DNA of 32,000 nucleotides from Haloferax volcanii DS2. GTDB taxonomy: Archaea > Halobacteriota > Halobacteria > Halobacteriales > Haloferacaceae. Below, in pieces: positions 15,454-22,807 of the stretch; within the stretch, counting starts at the first letter, position 1; the number at the start of each line of letters is the position of its first letter. Location of the stretch: NCBI RefSeq assembly GCF_000025685.1, contig NC_013967.1, forward strand, positions 1,320,001 to 1,352,000, written 5' to 3'. The position numbers and the translations under genes are program-made. The notes beneath the pieces are model-generated. The model made no database searches. It was not told the origin of the DNA and saw nothing but the letters and a program-made list of their open reading frames with translations.

Positions 15454-16671
15454 TCAGAACTCCCCGTTGACGATGTCCGCGACGCGCTGGCGGTCGAACA
15501 GTTCGGCGTCGTCCGTCACGTCGCCGAACACGTCGGGGTACAGCTGCTTCGCGGCGCGCTCGGTCAGGAACAGGTTGTGAATAGGCCCCTGGAACAGGTA
15601 GCCGCCGCGGTAGACCCGACCGTTCTGGACGGCCGCCAGTTCGCCGCCGACGGGGTGGTCCTCCATGTACGCGAGGACGGTGTCGCGGAACTCCTCGGGC
15701 GTCTTGCGCTCGTGGCCGCGGACGAGAATCACGTCGGGGTCGATTTCGAGGAGGTTCTCGTAGTCGAGTTCGCCGCGGTTGGTCGTGCTGAGGTTCTCGA
15801 TGTCGGTCCCCGAGAGCGCGTCGGTGACGCCGAGGTCGTTCCACTGCTTTTTGCTCGTGCCCTTGTCGTTGAGGCGGTACGGCGAGAACGTCTCGGGTTC
15901 GGTCGTCCCTTCGAAGGTGAGAAAGACGTTCGGGCGCTCGTCCGCGGGCGGCAGTTCCGCCTGTATCTCCGCGATGAACTCGTCGTGGAACGCCTCGAAC
16001 GCCTCGTAACGGTCCTCGCGCTGGAACACCTGCGCGACCTTCTCGAACGCCTCGTAGAGCGTGTAGTAGCGGTAGTCGTGCCAGCCGTCCGACCGGCGGA
16101 AGACGAGGTTGCCGACGAACGGGGCGACGTTCTCCGCGATTTCGTCCACGTCGGCTTGGTCCCAGTCGAACCAGTTGATGAGCATGTTCGGGTCGTAGAG
16201 GTGGACGTCGTTGTCGAGTTCGTAGAACTCCTCTTTCGTCCGGACCTCGGGGTACGCCTCGATTTGCTCGCGGTCGACGCTCACGCCGGGGAGTTCGTCG
16301 TAGACGTAGGTGTAGTACCGGCCCGCGCCGCCGACGCCGGTCAGCCCGTCGCCGACGCCGAGCGCGACGGCCATGTCCGCGTAGCCGCCGTCGTAGGCGG
16401 CCCACGACTCGGGAACCGAGTCGAACGTGACCTCGCCCATCGGCTCCATCGTCACCGAGTACGAGGAGTCCGCCTCGGTCGTCTGGGTCTCCGTCTCGGC
16501 GCTCGTTTCGGTGGCTGCCTCGGTCGTCGTCTCGGCCGCCGTGGTCGCCTCGTCACTCCCCGACGAGTCCGACGCACAGCCGGCGAGCATCCCGGCACCG
16601 AGAGCCGTGCCGCCGTACCGAATGTAGTTGCGTCGCGTGAGTCCCTCCTGCCCGGTGGATTTCTCTTCCAT
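15454..16671 (-). CDS. ABC-transporter periplasmic substrate-binding lipoprotein, iron-siderophore/cobalamin (FecB/BtuF-like, class III) type
   Basis: Twin-arginine motif TRRNYIRYGG, lipobox LAGC and a T/E/S-rich linker. The body (DPDVILVRG..., ..PNVFLTFEG..) is typical of Fe3+-chelate binding proteins. Confidence 0.78.
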   Translation of the reverse strand: MEEKSTGQEGLTRRNYIRYGGTALGAGMLAGCASDSSGSDEATTAAETTTEAATETSAETETQTTEADSSYSVTMEPMGEVTFDSVPESWAAYDGGYADMAVALGVGDGLTGVGGAGRYYTYVYDELPGVSVDREQIEAYPEVRTKEEFYELDNDVHLYDPNMLINWFDWDQADVDEIAENVAPFVGNLVFRRSDGWHDYRYYTLYEAFEKVAQVFQREDRYEAFEAFHDEFIAEIQAELPPADERPNVFLTFEGTTEPETFSPYRLNDKGTSKKQWNDLGVTDALSGTDIENLSTTNRGELDYENLLEIDPDVILVRGHERKTPEEFRDTVLAYMEDHPVGGELAAVQNGRVYRGGYLFQGPIHNLFLTERAAKQLYPDVFGDVTDDAELFDRQRVADIVNGEF

Positions 16672-16690
16672 GGGGTTTAGGCTAACCTAA
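16672..16690. promoter_or_regulatory. IdeR/DtxR-like iron-box operator candidate
   Basis: Plus strand 16677-16690, TTAGGCTAACCTAA, equals 14 contiguous positions of the consensus TTAGGTTAGGCTAACCTAA (15/19 over the full site). It lies between the TATA-like box and the ATG of the binding-protein gene. Confidence 0.5.
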
Positions 16691-16691
16691 A

Positions 16692-16700
16692 TGTATAAGA
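16692..16700 (-). promoter_or_regulatory. TATA-like box (TCTTATACA on the minus strand) about 25 nt upstream of the binding-protein ATG
   Basis: An AT-rich element at the canonical distance suggests a leaderless mRNA. Confidence 0.4.
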
Positions 16701-16815
16701 GCGTTCCTATTTTTCGGCCGGCCTAAACCTTGGCGAGGCGACGTGTTTCGGCCCGACGGGAGGGGCCGCATCGCGGTTGCGGGTCCGGCGTCCGGCGAGA
16801 GCCGGGGTTAGGCCC

Positions 16816-17733
16816 TCAGTAGTGCCACGGGTAGTCGCGGAAGCGGGGTTCGCGCTTTTCGAGGAAGGCGTCGCGGCCCTCCTGTGCCTCCTCGGTCATG
16901 TAGGCGAGTCGGGTCGCCTCGCCCGCGAACACCTGCTGGCCGACCATGCCGTCGTCGGTCATGTTGAAGGCGTACTTGAGCATCCGCATGGCCGTCGGGG
17001 ACTTCTTCGTCATCTCGTCGGCCCACTCCAGCGCCACGTCCTCTAGCTCCTCGTGGGGAATCGCCTCGTTCGCCATGCCCATGTCCACGGCCTCCTCGGC
17101 GGAGTAGGTCTTGCCCATGAAGAACACCTCGCGGGCCTTCTTCTGGCCGACCTGCTTTGCGAGATACGCGGAGCCGAAGCCGCCGTCGAAGGAGGCCACG
17201 TCGGGGTCGGTCTGGAGGAACTTCGCGTGCTCCTCGGAGGCGAGCGTCATGTCGCAGACGACGTGCAGGGAGTGGCCGCCGCCGACGGCCCATCCGGGAA
17301 CGACGGCGACGACGGGCTTAGGCATGAATCGGATGAGCCGCTGGACTTCGAGAATGTGCAGGCGACCGGCCTTCGCCTCGCGGACGAGCGGGTCGTCGGA
17401 GGCGTCGGCCTCGTCGTCGTCGCGGTACTCGTAGCCCGAGCCGCCGCGAACCGACTGGTCGCCGCCGGAACAGAACGCCCAGCCGCCGTCCTTCTCGGAG
17501 GGGCCGTTGCCGGTGAGCAGGACGCACCCGACGTTCGCGCGCTTTCTGGCGTCGTCGAGCGCGGCGTACAGCTCGTCCACGGTTCCGGGTCGGAAGGCGT
17601 TTCGGACCTCGGGGCGGTCGAACGCGATTCGGACCGCCGGCACGTCGACGGCGCGGTGGTAGGTGATGTCGTCGAACTCGTCGGACCCCGGGACTGGCTC
17701 CCAGCGGTCGGGGTCGAAAATCTCCGAGACCAT
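16816..17733 (-). CDS. menB: 1,4-dihydroxy-2-naphthoyl-CoA synthase
   Basis: 305 aa. ITYHRAVDVPAVRIAFDRPEVRNAFRP...FCSGGDQSVRG...VVAVVPGWAVGGGHSLHVVCD... is a canonical MenB. Confidence 0.93.
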   Translation of the reverse strand: MVSEIFDPDRWEPVPGSDEFDDITYHRAVDVPAVRIAFDRPEVRNAFRPGTVDELYAALDDARKRANVGCVLLTGNGPSEKDGGWAFCSGGDQSVRGGSGYEYRDDDEADASDDPLVREAKAGRLHILEVQRLIRFMPKPVVAVVPGWAVGGGHSLHVVCDMTLASEEHAKFLQTDPDVASFDGGFGSAYLAKQVGQKKAREVFFMGKTYSAEEAVDMGMANEAIPHEELEDVALEWADEMTKKSPTAMRMLKYAFNMTDDGMVGQQVFAGEATRLAYMTEEAQEGRDAFLEKREPRFRDYPWHY

Positions 17734-17855
17734 ACCGAGAGGCGGCGCGGGCGGCGCAAAAAGATTCGCTTGCGGCCGCGGTTCGGGGGACGGCCCGCCG
17801 CCTGACCGCCCCCACGGCCCGGAGCTATTTGTCAGTGCGTGAACGACTCTCGCGT

Positions 17856-18320
17856 ATGTCGGCCGCGACCACCCTCCTCGTCAGACTCGTCCACGTCGTC
17901 GGAATGGCGCTCGTCCTCGGCGGCGCGGCGTTCGCGTGGGCGACGCTCAGAGCCGGCGGTCCCGGACGCGCGGACGCCGGCGGCTCGACCGCCTCTGGCG
18001 GCGACCAGACCCCGTTCGCAGCCCTCTACGAGTTGGTTTTCTGGGCGGCGATGGGCGCGATGGTCGTCACCGGCGTCGGCAACCTCGGCGCGCTCGGCCC
18101 GCCCGGACCCTCCGGGCGCTGGGGGTCACTCCTGACCGCGAAACTCCTCGCGGTGACCGCGTTCGTCCTCGGGTCGTTCGTCCGGACGCTCGTCGTGTTC
18201 AGGCTCCGGCGGAGCGGCCCGACTGGATTGGGGCGCTCGCTTCTCGCCAAGAGCTACGGCGCGACAGCCGCCGCGCTCCTCGTCCTCGTCGCGCTCGCGG
18301 AGGTGCTGGCGCATGGGTGA
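17856..18320 (+). CDS. uncharacterised membrane protein (about 4 TM helices)
   Basis: It has hydrophobic helices and an ATG at 17856, with a TATA-like ctatttg about 27 nt upstream. The track start at 17829 is a TTG. Confidence 0.6.
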   Translation: MSAATTLLVRLVHVVGMALVLGGAAFAWATLRAGGPGRADAGGSTASGGDQTPFAALYELVFWAAMGAMVVTGVGNLGALGPPGPSGRWGSLLTAKLLAVTAFVLGSFVRTLVVFRLRRSGPTGLGRSLLAKSYGATAAALLVLVALAEVLAHG

Positions 18321-18846
18321 GGCCGCCGGCGGCGTCGGGCCGCGGGGGCGCTTCGAGACGTGGGTCGTCTCGTCGTTCAACCTCGTCGCGCTGAGCCTCG
18401 TCGGACTCCTCGCGGCCCACGCGAGCGGCGCGCTCGCAGGCGAACTCGCCAACTTCGGGACGCTTCCGGGCGTCGCCGTCTTCGCGTACCTGTGGCTCCT
18501 CACCGCGGCCGCGACCCGGTGGGCGCTGGCGGACGGCGGGCTGGCCGACCTGCGAACCGGCCTCAACGGCCTGTGGCGACTCGTCCTCCGCGGGTTCGCG
18601 GCGGGCGCGCTCATCGGGGCGGCGTTCCTCCTCGGCGTCGTCCTCGTCGGCGCGGTGCTGAACGGCGCGCCACTCGTCGCGCTGGCGCTCATCGCGCTCA
18701 TCGGCGTCGCGGCCGCGAGCGTCGTCGGCGGTGTCATCGGTGCTCTGTCGGTCGTCCTCGACGCCGGCTGTTACTGGGCGGCCGGCCGGCTGGTCGGGCG
18801 GTGGGCGGAGTCGAACGGCTCGGGGCGGGCCGCCGACGGGGAATGA
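18313..18846 (+). CDS. uncharacterised polytopic membrane protein (Ala/Gly/Leu-rich helices)
   Basis: The 177 aa ORF has an 8-nt start/stop overlap (ATGGGTGA) with the upstream membrane-protein gene, suggesting translational coupling. Confidence 0.6.
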   Translation: MGEAAGGVGPRGRFETWVVSSFNLVALSLVGLLAAHASGALAGELANFGTLPGVAVFAYLWLLTAAATRWALADGGLADLRTGLNGLWRLVLRGFAAGALIGAAFLLGVVLVGAVLNGAPLVALALIALIGVAAASVVGGVIGALSVVLDAGCYWAAGRLVGRWAESNGSGRAADGE

Positions 18847-18854
18847 GTGAGGAG

Positions 18855-19379
18855 TCAGTCAGTCAGTCTGCCCCGAAGCGGCCCGCGCGGACTCGTCAGC
18901 CACGACGCCAGCCCGACGAGTACCGCGGCCGCGATGCCGACGAGGAAGGCGGTCGCCCCGGCAAACGACCCGTACGCGACGAGTCCGGTCCCGACGAACG
19001 CGGTGGCGAGCGACCGACGGCGACCCATCGACTCGGGGTAGCCGGTGGCCTTGAACCGCGCGAGACCCCACGCGACCACGGCGACGAGCGGAGCGAGACC
19101 GAGGCCCATCAGGGGTCGCTGGACGACGAACCAGAAGACAGGAAGGGCGACCACGACCGTGACGAGCGCGAGCGTTCCGCGGCGGCCGAGCGCCGGAGGA
19201 TAGCCGCGCTCAGCGATATCCGAGAGGAGTACCGCGCCGAAGACGACGGTGCCGCCGGCGAAGAACCCGGCGAGTGGTTCGTAGGCGACGACGGCCGCGT
19301 AGGCGAACACGAGGACGCCGAGGAATCCGGCGACGGCGTAGACGCTGCCGCGGTACTGGCGGAAGAGTCTGGAGGGCAT
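18855..19379 (-). CDS. uncharacterised polytopic membrane protein (about 5 TM helices)
   Basis: The 174 aa hydrophobic ORF is convergent with the previous gene, with only 8 nt between the stops. Confidence 0.6.
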   Translation of the reverse strand: MPSRLFRQYRGSVYAVAGFLGVLVFAYAAVVAYEPLAGFFAGGTVVFGAVLLSDIAERGYPPALGRRGTLALVTVVVALPVFWFVVQRPLMGLGLAPLVAVVAWGLARFKATGYPESMGRRRSLATAFVGTGLVAYGSFAGATAFLVGIAAAVLVGLASWLTSPRGPLRGRLTD

Positions 19380-19409
19380 GTCACCACGATTCGGAGCGCG
19401 GGAGAAAAG

Positions 19410-19458
19410 TCAGTCGGTCGACCGGTTCGGGCAGTCGCTCAGTCGGTCATTCAGTCGG
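19410..19458. repeat. three exact copies of TCAGTCGG (CCGACTGA on the coding strand) plus degenerate copies in the menD-to-membrane-gene spacer
   Basis: Copies at 19410-19417, 19439-19446 and 19451-19458. Variants gcagtcgc, tagtcgga and acagtcgc lie nearby. Confidence 0.7.
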
Positions 19459-21213
19459 TTAGTCGGACTCGGACAGTCGCTCGATGGCGCGCTCGGCGAT
19501 GCGCTCGCGCACGCGATGAGACGACTCGGCGTCGGTTCGGACCTCGATGACGTCGGTGCCGTCGGTGGCGACCGACTCGGCGTAGGCGTCGCGGAAGTCG
19601 TCGGGGTCGACGGACGCGAACGAGAGGTCGTAGAGGTCCTCGGTGGCCGCGAAGTCGAGGCCGTGGGGCGTCTTGAACTGGTCGGTGAACGGCGGTTCGT
19701 ACTCCTCGATGGGGAGCATATGGAAGATGCCGCCGCCGTCGTTGTTGACGAGGACGATGGTCGCGTCCACGCCGAGGCGACCGAGCGCGAGCAGGCCGTT
19801 CATGTCGTGGTAGTACGCGAGGTCGCCGGTCAGGAGCGTCAGGTGGTCGGTCGCCGCGGAGCCGGCTCCGAGCGCCGAGGAGACGATGCCGTCGATGCCG
19901 GACGCGCCGCGGTTGCCGAGGACCGTCCGGGACTTCGTCGAGGGGCGCGCGAAGCGGTCGAGGTCGCGGACGGGCATCGAGTTCGAGACGAACAGCGTCG
20001 ACGGCTCGGGCGCGAGGTCGGCTACGTCGGCGGCGACTCGGCCCTCGAAGGCGTCGGTCTCGTCGTCGACGAGGTCCCAGTAGGCGTCTTCCGCGTCGGT
20101 CCACAGCGCGTTCCACGACTCGTCGGGGCGGTTGCGGATGAGTTGCGAGAGCCGCCACGCCAGCACCGACGGCTCGGCCTCCACGAGGTCGGTCGCGCCG
20201 AACTCGGCCTCGCGCCAGCGACCCGTCGGGTCGACGAGATACTGCCGGGCGTCGGTGCGCGCGAGGTACTTCCGGAGCGCCTTCGAGGTCGGGGACGCGC
20301 CGATGCGGACGACGACTTCCGGGTCGGCCCAGTCGGCGGTGACGCGCTCGTCGAGGTAGGCGTCGTAGCCGCCGAGGACGGTCGTCGTCCGGGTGTGGCC
20401 GCCGAATCGGAGCCCCGAAAGCGGGTCGACGACGACCGGGAAGCCGGTCGCGTGGGCGAACGCGGCGACGGCCTCGGCGTTGAACCCCGGCGGGTCGGCG
20501 GGCCCGGCGACGACGAGCCCCCGGTCGACCGCGAGGTCGTCGGCCAGCTTTCGGAGGTGGTCGTCGGAGAGCTCCGGCGCGCCCGCGGTCGTCTTGACGT
20601 AGGGGCGGCTCCCGCTCCGGCCGTCGAGCGCCTCGGAGTCGAGGTCGGCGGGTACGTCGCCCTCGACGTACGTCGGTTCGAGCGGCTTTCTGAAGGGGAA
20701 GTTGAGGTGGACGGGGCCGGCGTCGACGCCCGTTGCCTCGGAGACGGCGCGGGCCGCGGTCGTCCGGAGGCTCCGGAGTTTCCTGTCGGTGGCCTCCGGT
20801 TCGGGCATGTCCTTGTACCAGCGGACGGCGTCGCCGTAGAGCTTCTCCTGGTCGACGGTCTGGTTGGCCCCGCTGTCGCGGAGTTCCGGCGGGCGGTCGG
20901 CCGTGAGGACGAGCATCGGCACGCGGGCCTGCGACGCCTCGATGACCGCGGGGTGGAAGTTGGCCGCGGCGGTGCCCGAGGTGCAGACGATGGGCGTCAC
21001 CTCGCCCGTGCGCCGGGCGCGGCCGAGCGCGAAGTAGGCCGCCGAGCGCTCGTCGAGGTGCGAGAACGTCTCGATGTCGTCGTGGCGGTCGAACGCCTCC
21101 GTGAGGGGCGTCGAGCGACTGCCGGGTGCGATGCACACCGCGTCGATGCCGGTGCGTGCCAGTTCGTCGGCGAAGGTCCGTGCCCAGAGGGCGTTTCGGT
21201 TCGGTGCTGTCAT
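19459..21213 (-). CDS. menD: 2-succinyl-5-enolpyruvyl-6-hydroxy-3-cyclohexene-1-carboxylate (SEPHCHC) synthase
   Basis: 584 aa ThDP enzyme. N-terminus NRNALWARTFADELARTGIDAVCIAPGSRSTPLT and ThDP motif GDLAYYHDMNGL...NNDGGGIF. Confidence 0.92.
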   Translation of the reverse strand: MTAPNRNALWARTFADELARTGIDAVCIAPGSRSTPLTEAFDRHDDIETFSHLDERSAAYFALGRARRTGEVTPIVCTSGTAAANFHPAVIEASQARVPMLVLTADRPPELRDSGANQTVDQEKLYGDAVRWYKDMPEPEATDRKLRSLRTTAARAVSEATGVDAGPVHLNFPFRKPLEPTYVEGDVPADLDSEALDGRSGSRPYVKTTAGAPELSDDHLRKLADDLAVDRGLVVAGPADPPGFNAEAVAAFAHATGFPVVVDPLSGLRFGGHTRTTTVLGGYDAYLDERVTADWADPEVVVRIGASPTSKALRKYLARTDARQYLVDPTGRWREAEFGATDLVEAEPSVLAWRLSQLIRNRPDESWNALWTDAEDAYWDLVDDETDAFEGRVAADVADLAPEPSTLFVSNSMPVRDLDRFARPSTKSRTVLGNRGASGIDGIVSSALGAGSAATDHLTLLTGDLAYYHDMNGLLALGRLGVDATIVLVNNDGGGIFHMLPIEEYEPPFTDQFKTPHGLDFAATEDLYDLSFASVDPDDFRDAYAESVATDGTDVIEVRTDAESSHRVRERIAERAIERLSESD

Positions 21214-21247
21214 CTCGTCTATGTCGTCGTGGAATCCAGTCGGGGCA

Positions 21248-21285
21248 AATCGGAGTCGGGTCGAATCGAGTCGAATCGGAGTCGG
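21248..21285. repeat. direct 12-bp repeat AATCGGAGTCGG (x2) flanking a tcgaatcg x2 tandem in the menF-menD spacer
   Basis: The 12-mers lie at 21248-21259 and 21274-21285. tcgaatcgag/tcgaatcgga lies at 21261-21280. Confidence 0.7.
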
Positions 21286-21300
21286 TCGTCGGTCCCGAAC

Positions 21301-22632
21301 TCAGTCGTCGCGTTCGAGTTCGTCGAGGATGGGTCGGTACTTCAGTTGCACCTCGTCCCACTCGGCGTCGGGGTCGGAGTCGGCGACGAGGCCGACGCCC
21401 GCGAACAGCGTCGCCAGCGTCTCCTCGACGATTGCCGAGCGAAGGGCGACCGCGAAACTGCCGTCGCCGTCGGCGTCGAACCAGCCGACCGGCGCGGCGT
21501 ACCAGCCGCGGTCGAACGGTTCGGTGTCGCGAATCACGTCGAGGGCGGCTTCCGGCGGGAGGCCGCCGACCGCGGGCGTCGGGTGGAGCGCGTCCACGAG
21601 CGAGAGGACGTGCTCGTCGCGTTCGAGCGTCGCGTCGATGGGCGTCCAGAGGTGCTGGACGGTCGCGAGCTTCCGAATCCCGCGGTCGCCGACGCGAATC
21701 TCGGCCGAAAGCGGGGCGAGCTGTTCCCGAATCGTCTCCGCGACGAGTTCGTGTTCGTGGTTGTCCTTCTCGCTTCCGAGCAGTTCGTTCGCCAGCCACT
21801 CGTCTTCGTCGTCGGTGTCGCCGCGGCCGGTCGTCCCGGCGAGCGCGCCGGTCTCGACCTCGCGGCCGCGGAGCGAGACGAGTCGCTCGGGCGTCGCGCC
21901 GAGGAAGCTCGCCCCGCCGTTCGGCTCGGCGAGGAAGCGGTGGCAGTCGGGGTAGGTCCGGCCGAGGCGGGCGAGCAGGTCGGGCGCGGCGGCGGGGCGG
22001 TCGAGTTCGACTTCGAGCGCCTGCGCGAGGACGACCTTCTGAAGGTCGCCGGCGCGGATGCGAGAGACCGCGGCGTCGACGCTCTCGTGCCACGCCTCGA
22101 CCGAGGTCGTCCGGTGGCGGTTCGAGACGCCCGGCGGTCCCTCGGGGGGAGCGTCGTCGAGCGATTCGAGCGTCTCGCGGACCTCGTCGAGTCGGTCGCC
22201 GACGGCCTCGGGGTCGGCGTCCGCGCCGACGGCGGTGACCGTGAGCCACGCGTCGTCGCCGTCGAAGGCGACCTGCACCTCGGGGACGACGAAGCGCGCG
22301 GCCGGGAAGTCGGCCCACGGGTCGCGGCCGGTCGCCTCCTCGTGGAAGGCGAGGCCGCCGAAAAATCGCGGGCGGGCGACGTCGGGGGCGTCAACGTCAG
22401 CGCCGTCGAACAGCGACGTGGCCGACTCGCGGACGCGCGCGAGTCGCTCGGGTCCGTCGGCCTCGACGGCCACGGCGACGCCGCCGCCGACGACTGTCGG
22501 CTCGTCGGGGGCGGTCCACAGCGCCCGCGGGCGGCGCATCGTCGCGAGCGACGCCGAGACGGGCGGCGCAGACAGTCGAACCGACCTGCTGACGAGATGG
22601 GTCCCCATCTCGTCTGTCCGCAACGGTTCCAT
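21301..22632 (-). CDS. menF: isochorismate synthase
   Basis: A chorismate-binding domain (…LGATPERLV…GTTGRG…KDNHEHELV…HPTPAVGG…RGWYAAPVGWFD…). I chose the start at ATG 22632; alternatives are 22608 and 22725. Confidence 0.88.
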   Translation of the reverse strand: MEPLRTDEMGTHLVSRSVRLSAPPVSASLATMRRPRALWTAPDEPTVVGGGVAVAVEADGPERLARVRESATSLFDGADVDAPDVARPRFFGGLAFHEEATGRDPWADFPAARFVVPEVQVAFDGDDAWLTVTAVGADADPEAVGDRLDEVRETLESLDDAPPEGPPGVSNRHRTTSVEAWHESVDAAVSRIRAGDLQKVVLAQALEVELDRPAAAPDLLARLGRTYPDCHRFLAEPNGGASFLGATPERLVSLRGREVETGALAGTTGRGDTDDEDEWLANELLGSEKDNHEHELVAETIREQLAPLSAEIRVGDRGIRKLATVQHLWTPIDATLERDEHVLSLVDALHPTPAVGGLPPEAALDVIRDTEPFDRGWYAAPVGWFDADGDGSFAVALRSAIVEETLATLFAGVGLVADSDPDAEWDEVQLKYRPILDELERDD

Positions 22633-22772
22633 CGACCGTGGCTCAGGACCGGGGACGCTTGAAACTCTCCCTTCTGTCCCGCACCCCGGTCGGGCGACTC
22701 CGGTGGGATGTGCACATCTGTCCACCGGGCGACAACACTGACGGACGGGACGCGAAGCGACCGCCGAACACG

Positions 22773-22802
22773 CCGAAAACGCAGCGTCGGCGGACCGAAA
22801 AC
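22773..22802 (-). terminator. two GTTTTCGG elements (T4 tracts on the minus strand) just downstream of the Mo-oxidoreductase stop
   Basis: ccgaaaac occurs at 22773-22780 and 22795-22802 (plus strand). The first T4 tract starts about 6 nt after the stop codon. Confidence 0.35.
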
Positions 22803-22807
22803 TCAGC

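Noticed and set aside
14876-16405. A 509-aa minus-strand ORF and a 367-aa plus-strand ORF (15577-16680) overlapping the binding-protein and flavoprotein genes.
   Set aside because: They are extremely Arg/Pro-rich (RRRLRGHGRRARRRR...) and off-frame to well-supported acidic proteins with signal peptide and FAD motifs.
18850-18870. A (TCAG)n / (CTGA)3 run at the convergent gene ends, giving TGA in all three frames on the minus strand.
   Set aside because: It is only 12-14 nt long and it encodes the last codons (LTD*) of the 18855-19379 gene. Short slippage is sufficient to explain it, and no further structure is evident.
19378-22662. Very long ORFs (1094 aa on the plus strand; also 955 aa at 19451-22318 on the minus strand) spanning menD and menF.
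   Set aside because: Their products are Arg/Gly/Pro/Val-rich with no domain-like segments, and they run antisense or out of frame to the clearly recognisable MenD and MenF frames. This is the typical stop-codon-poor artefact of a very GC-rich genome.
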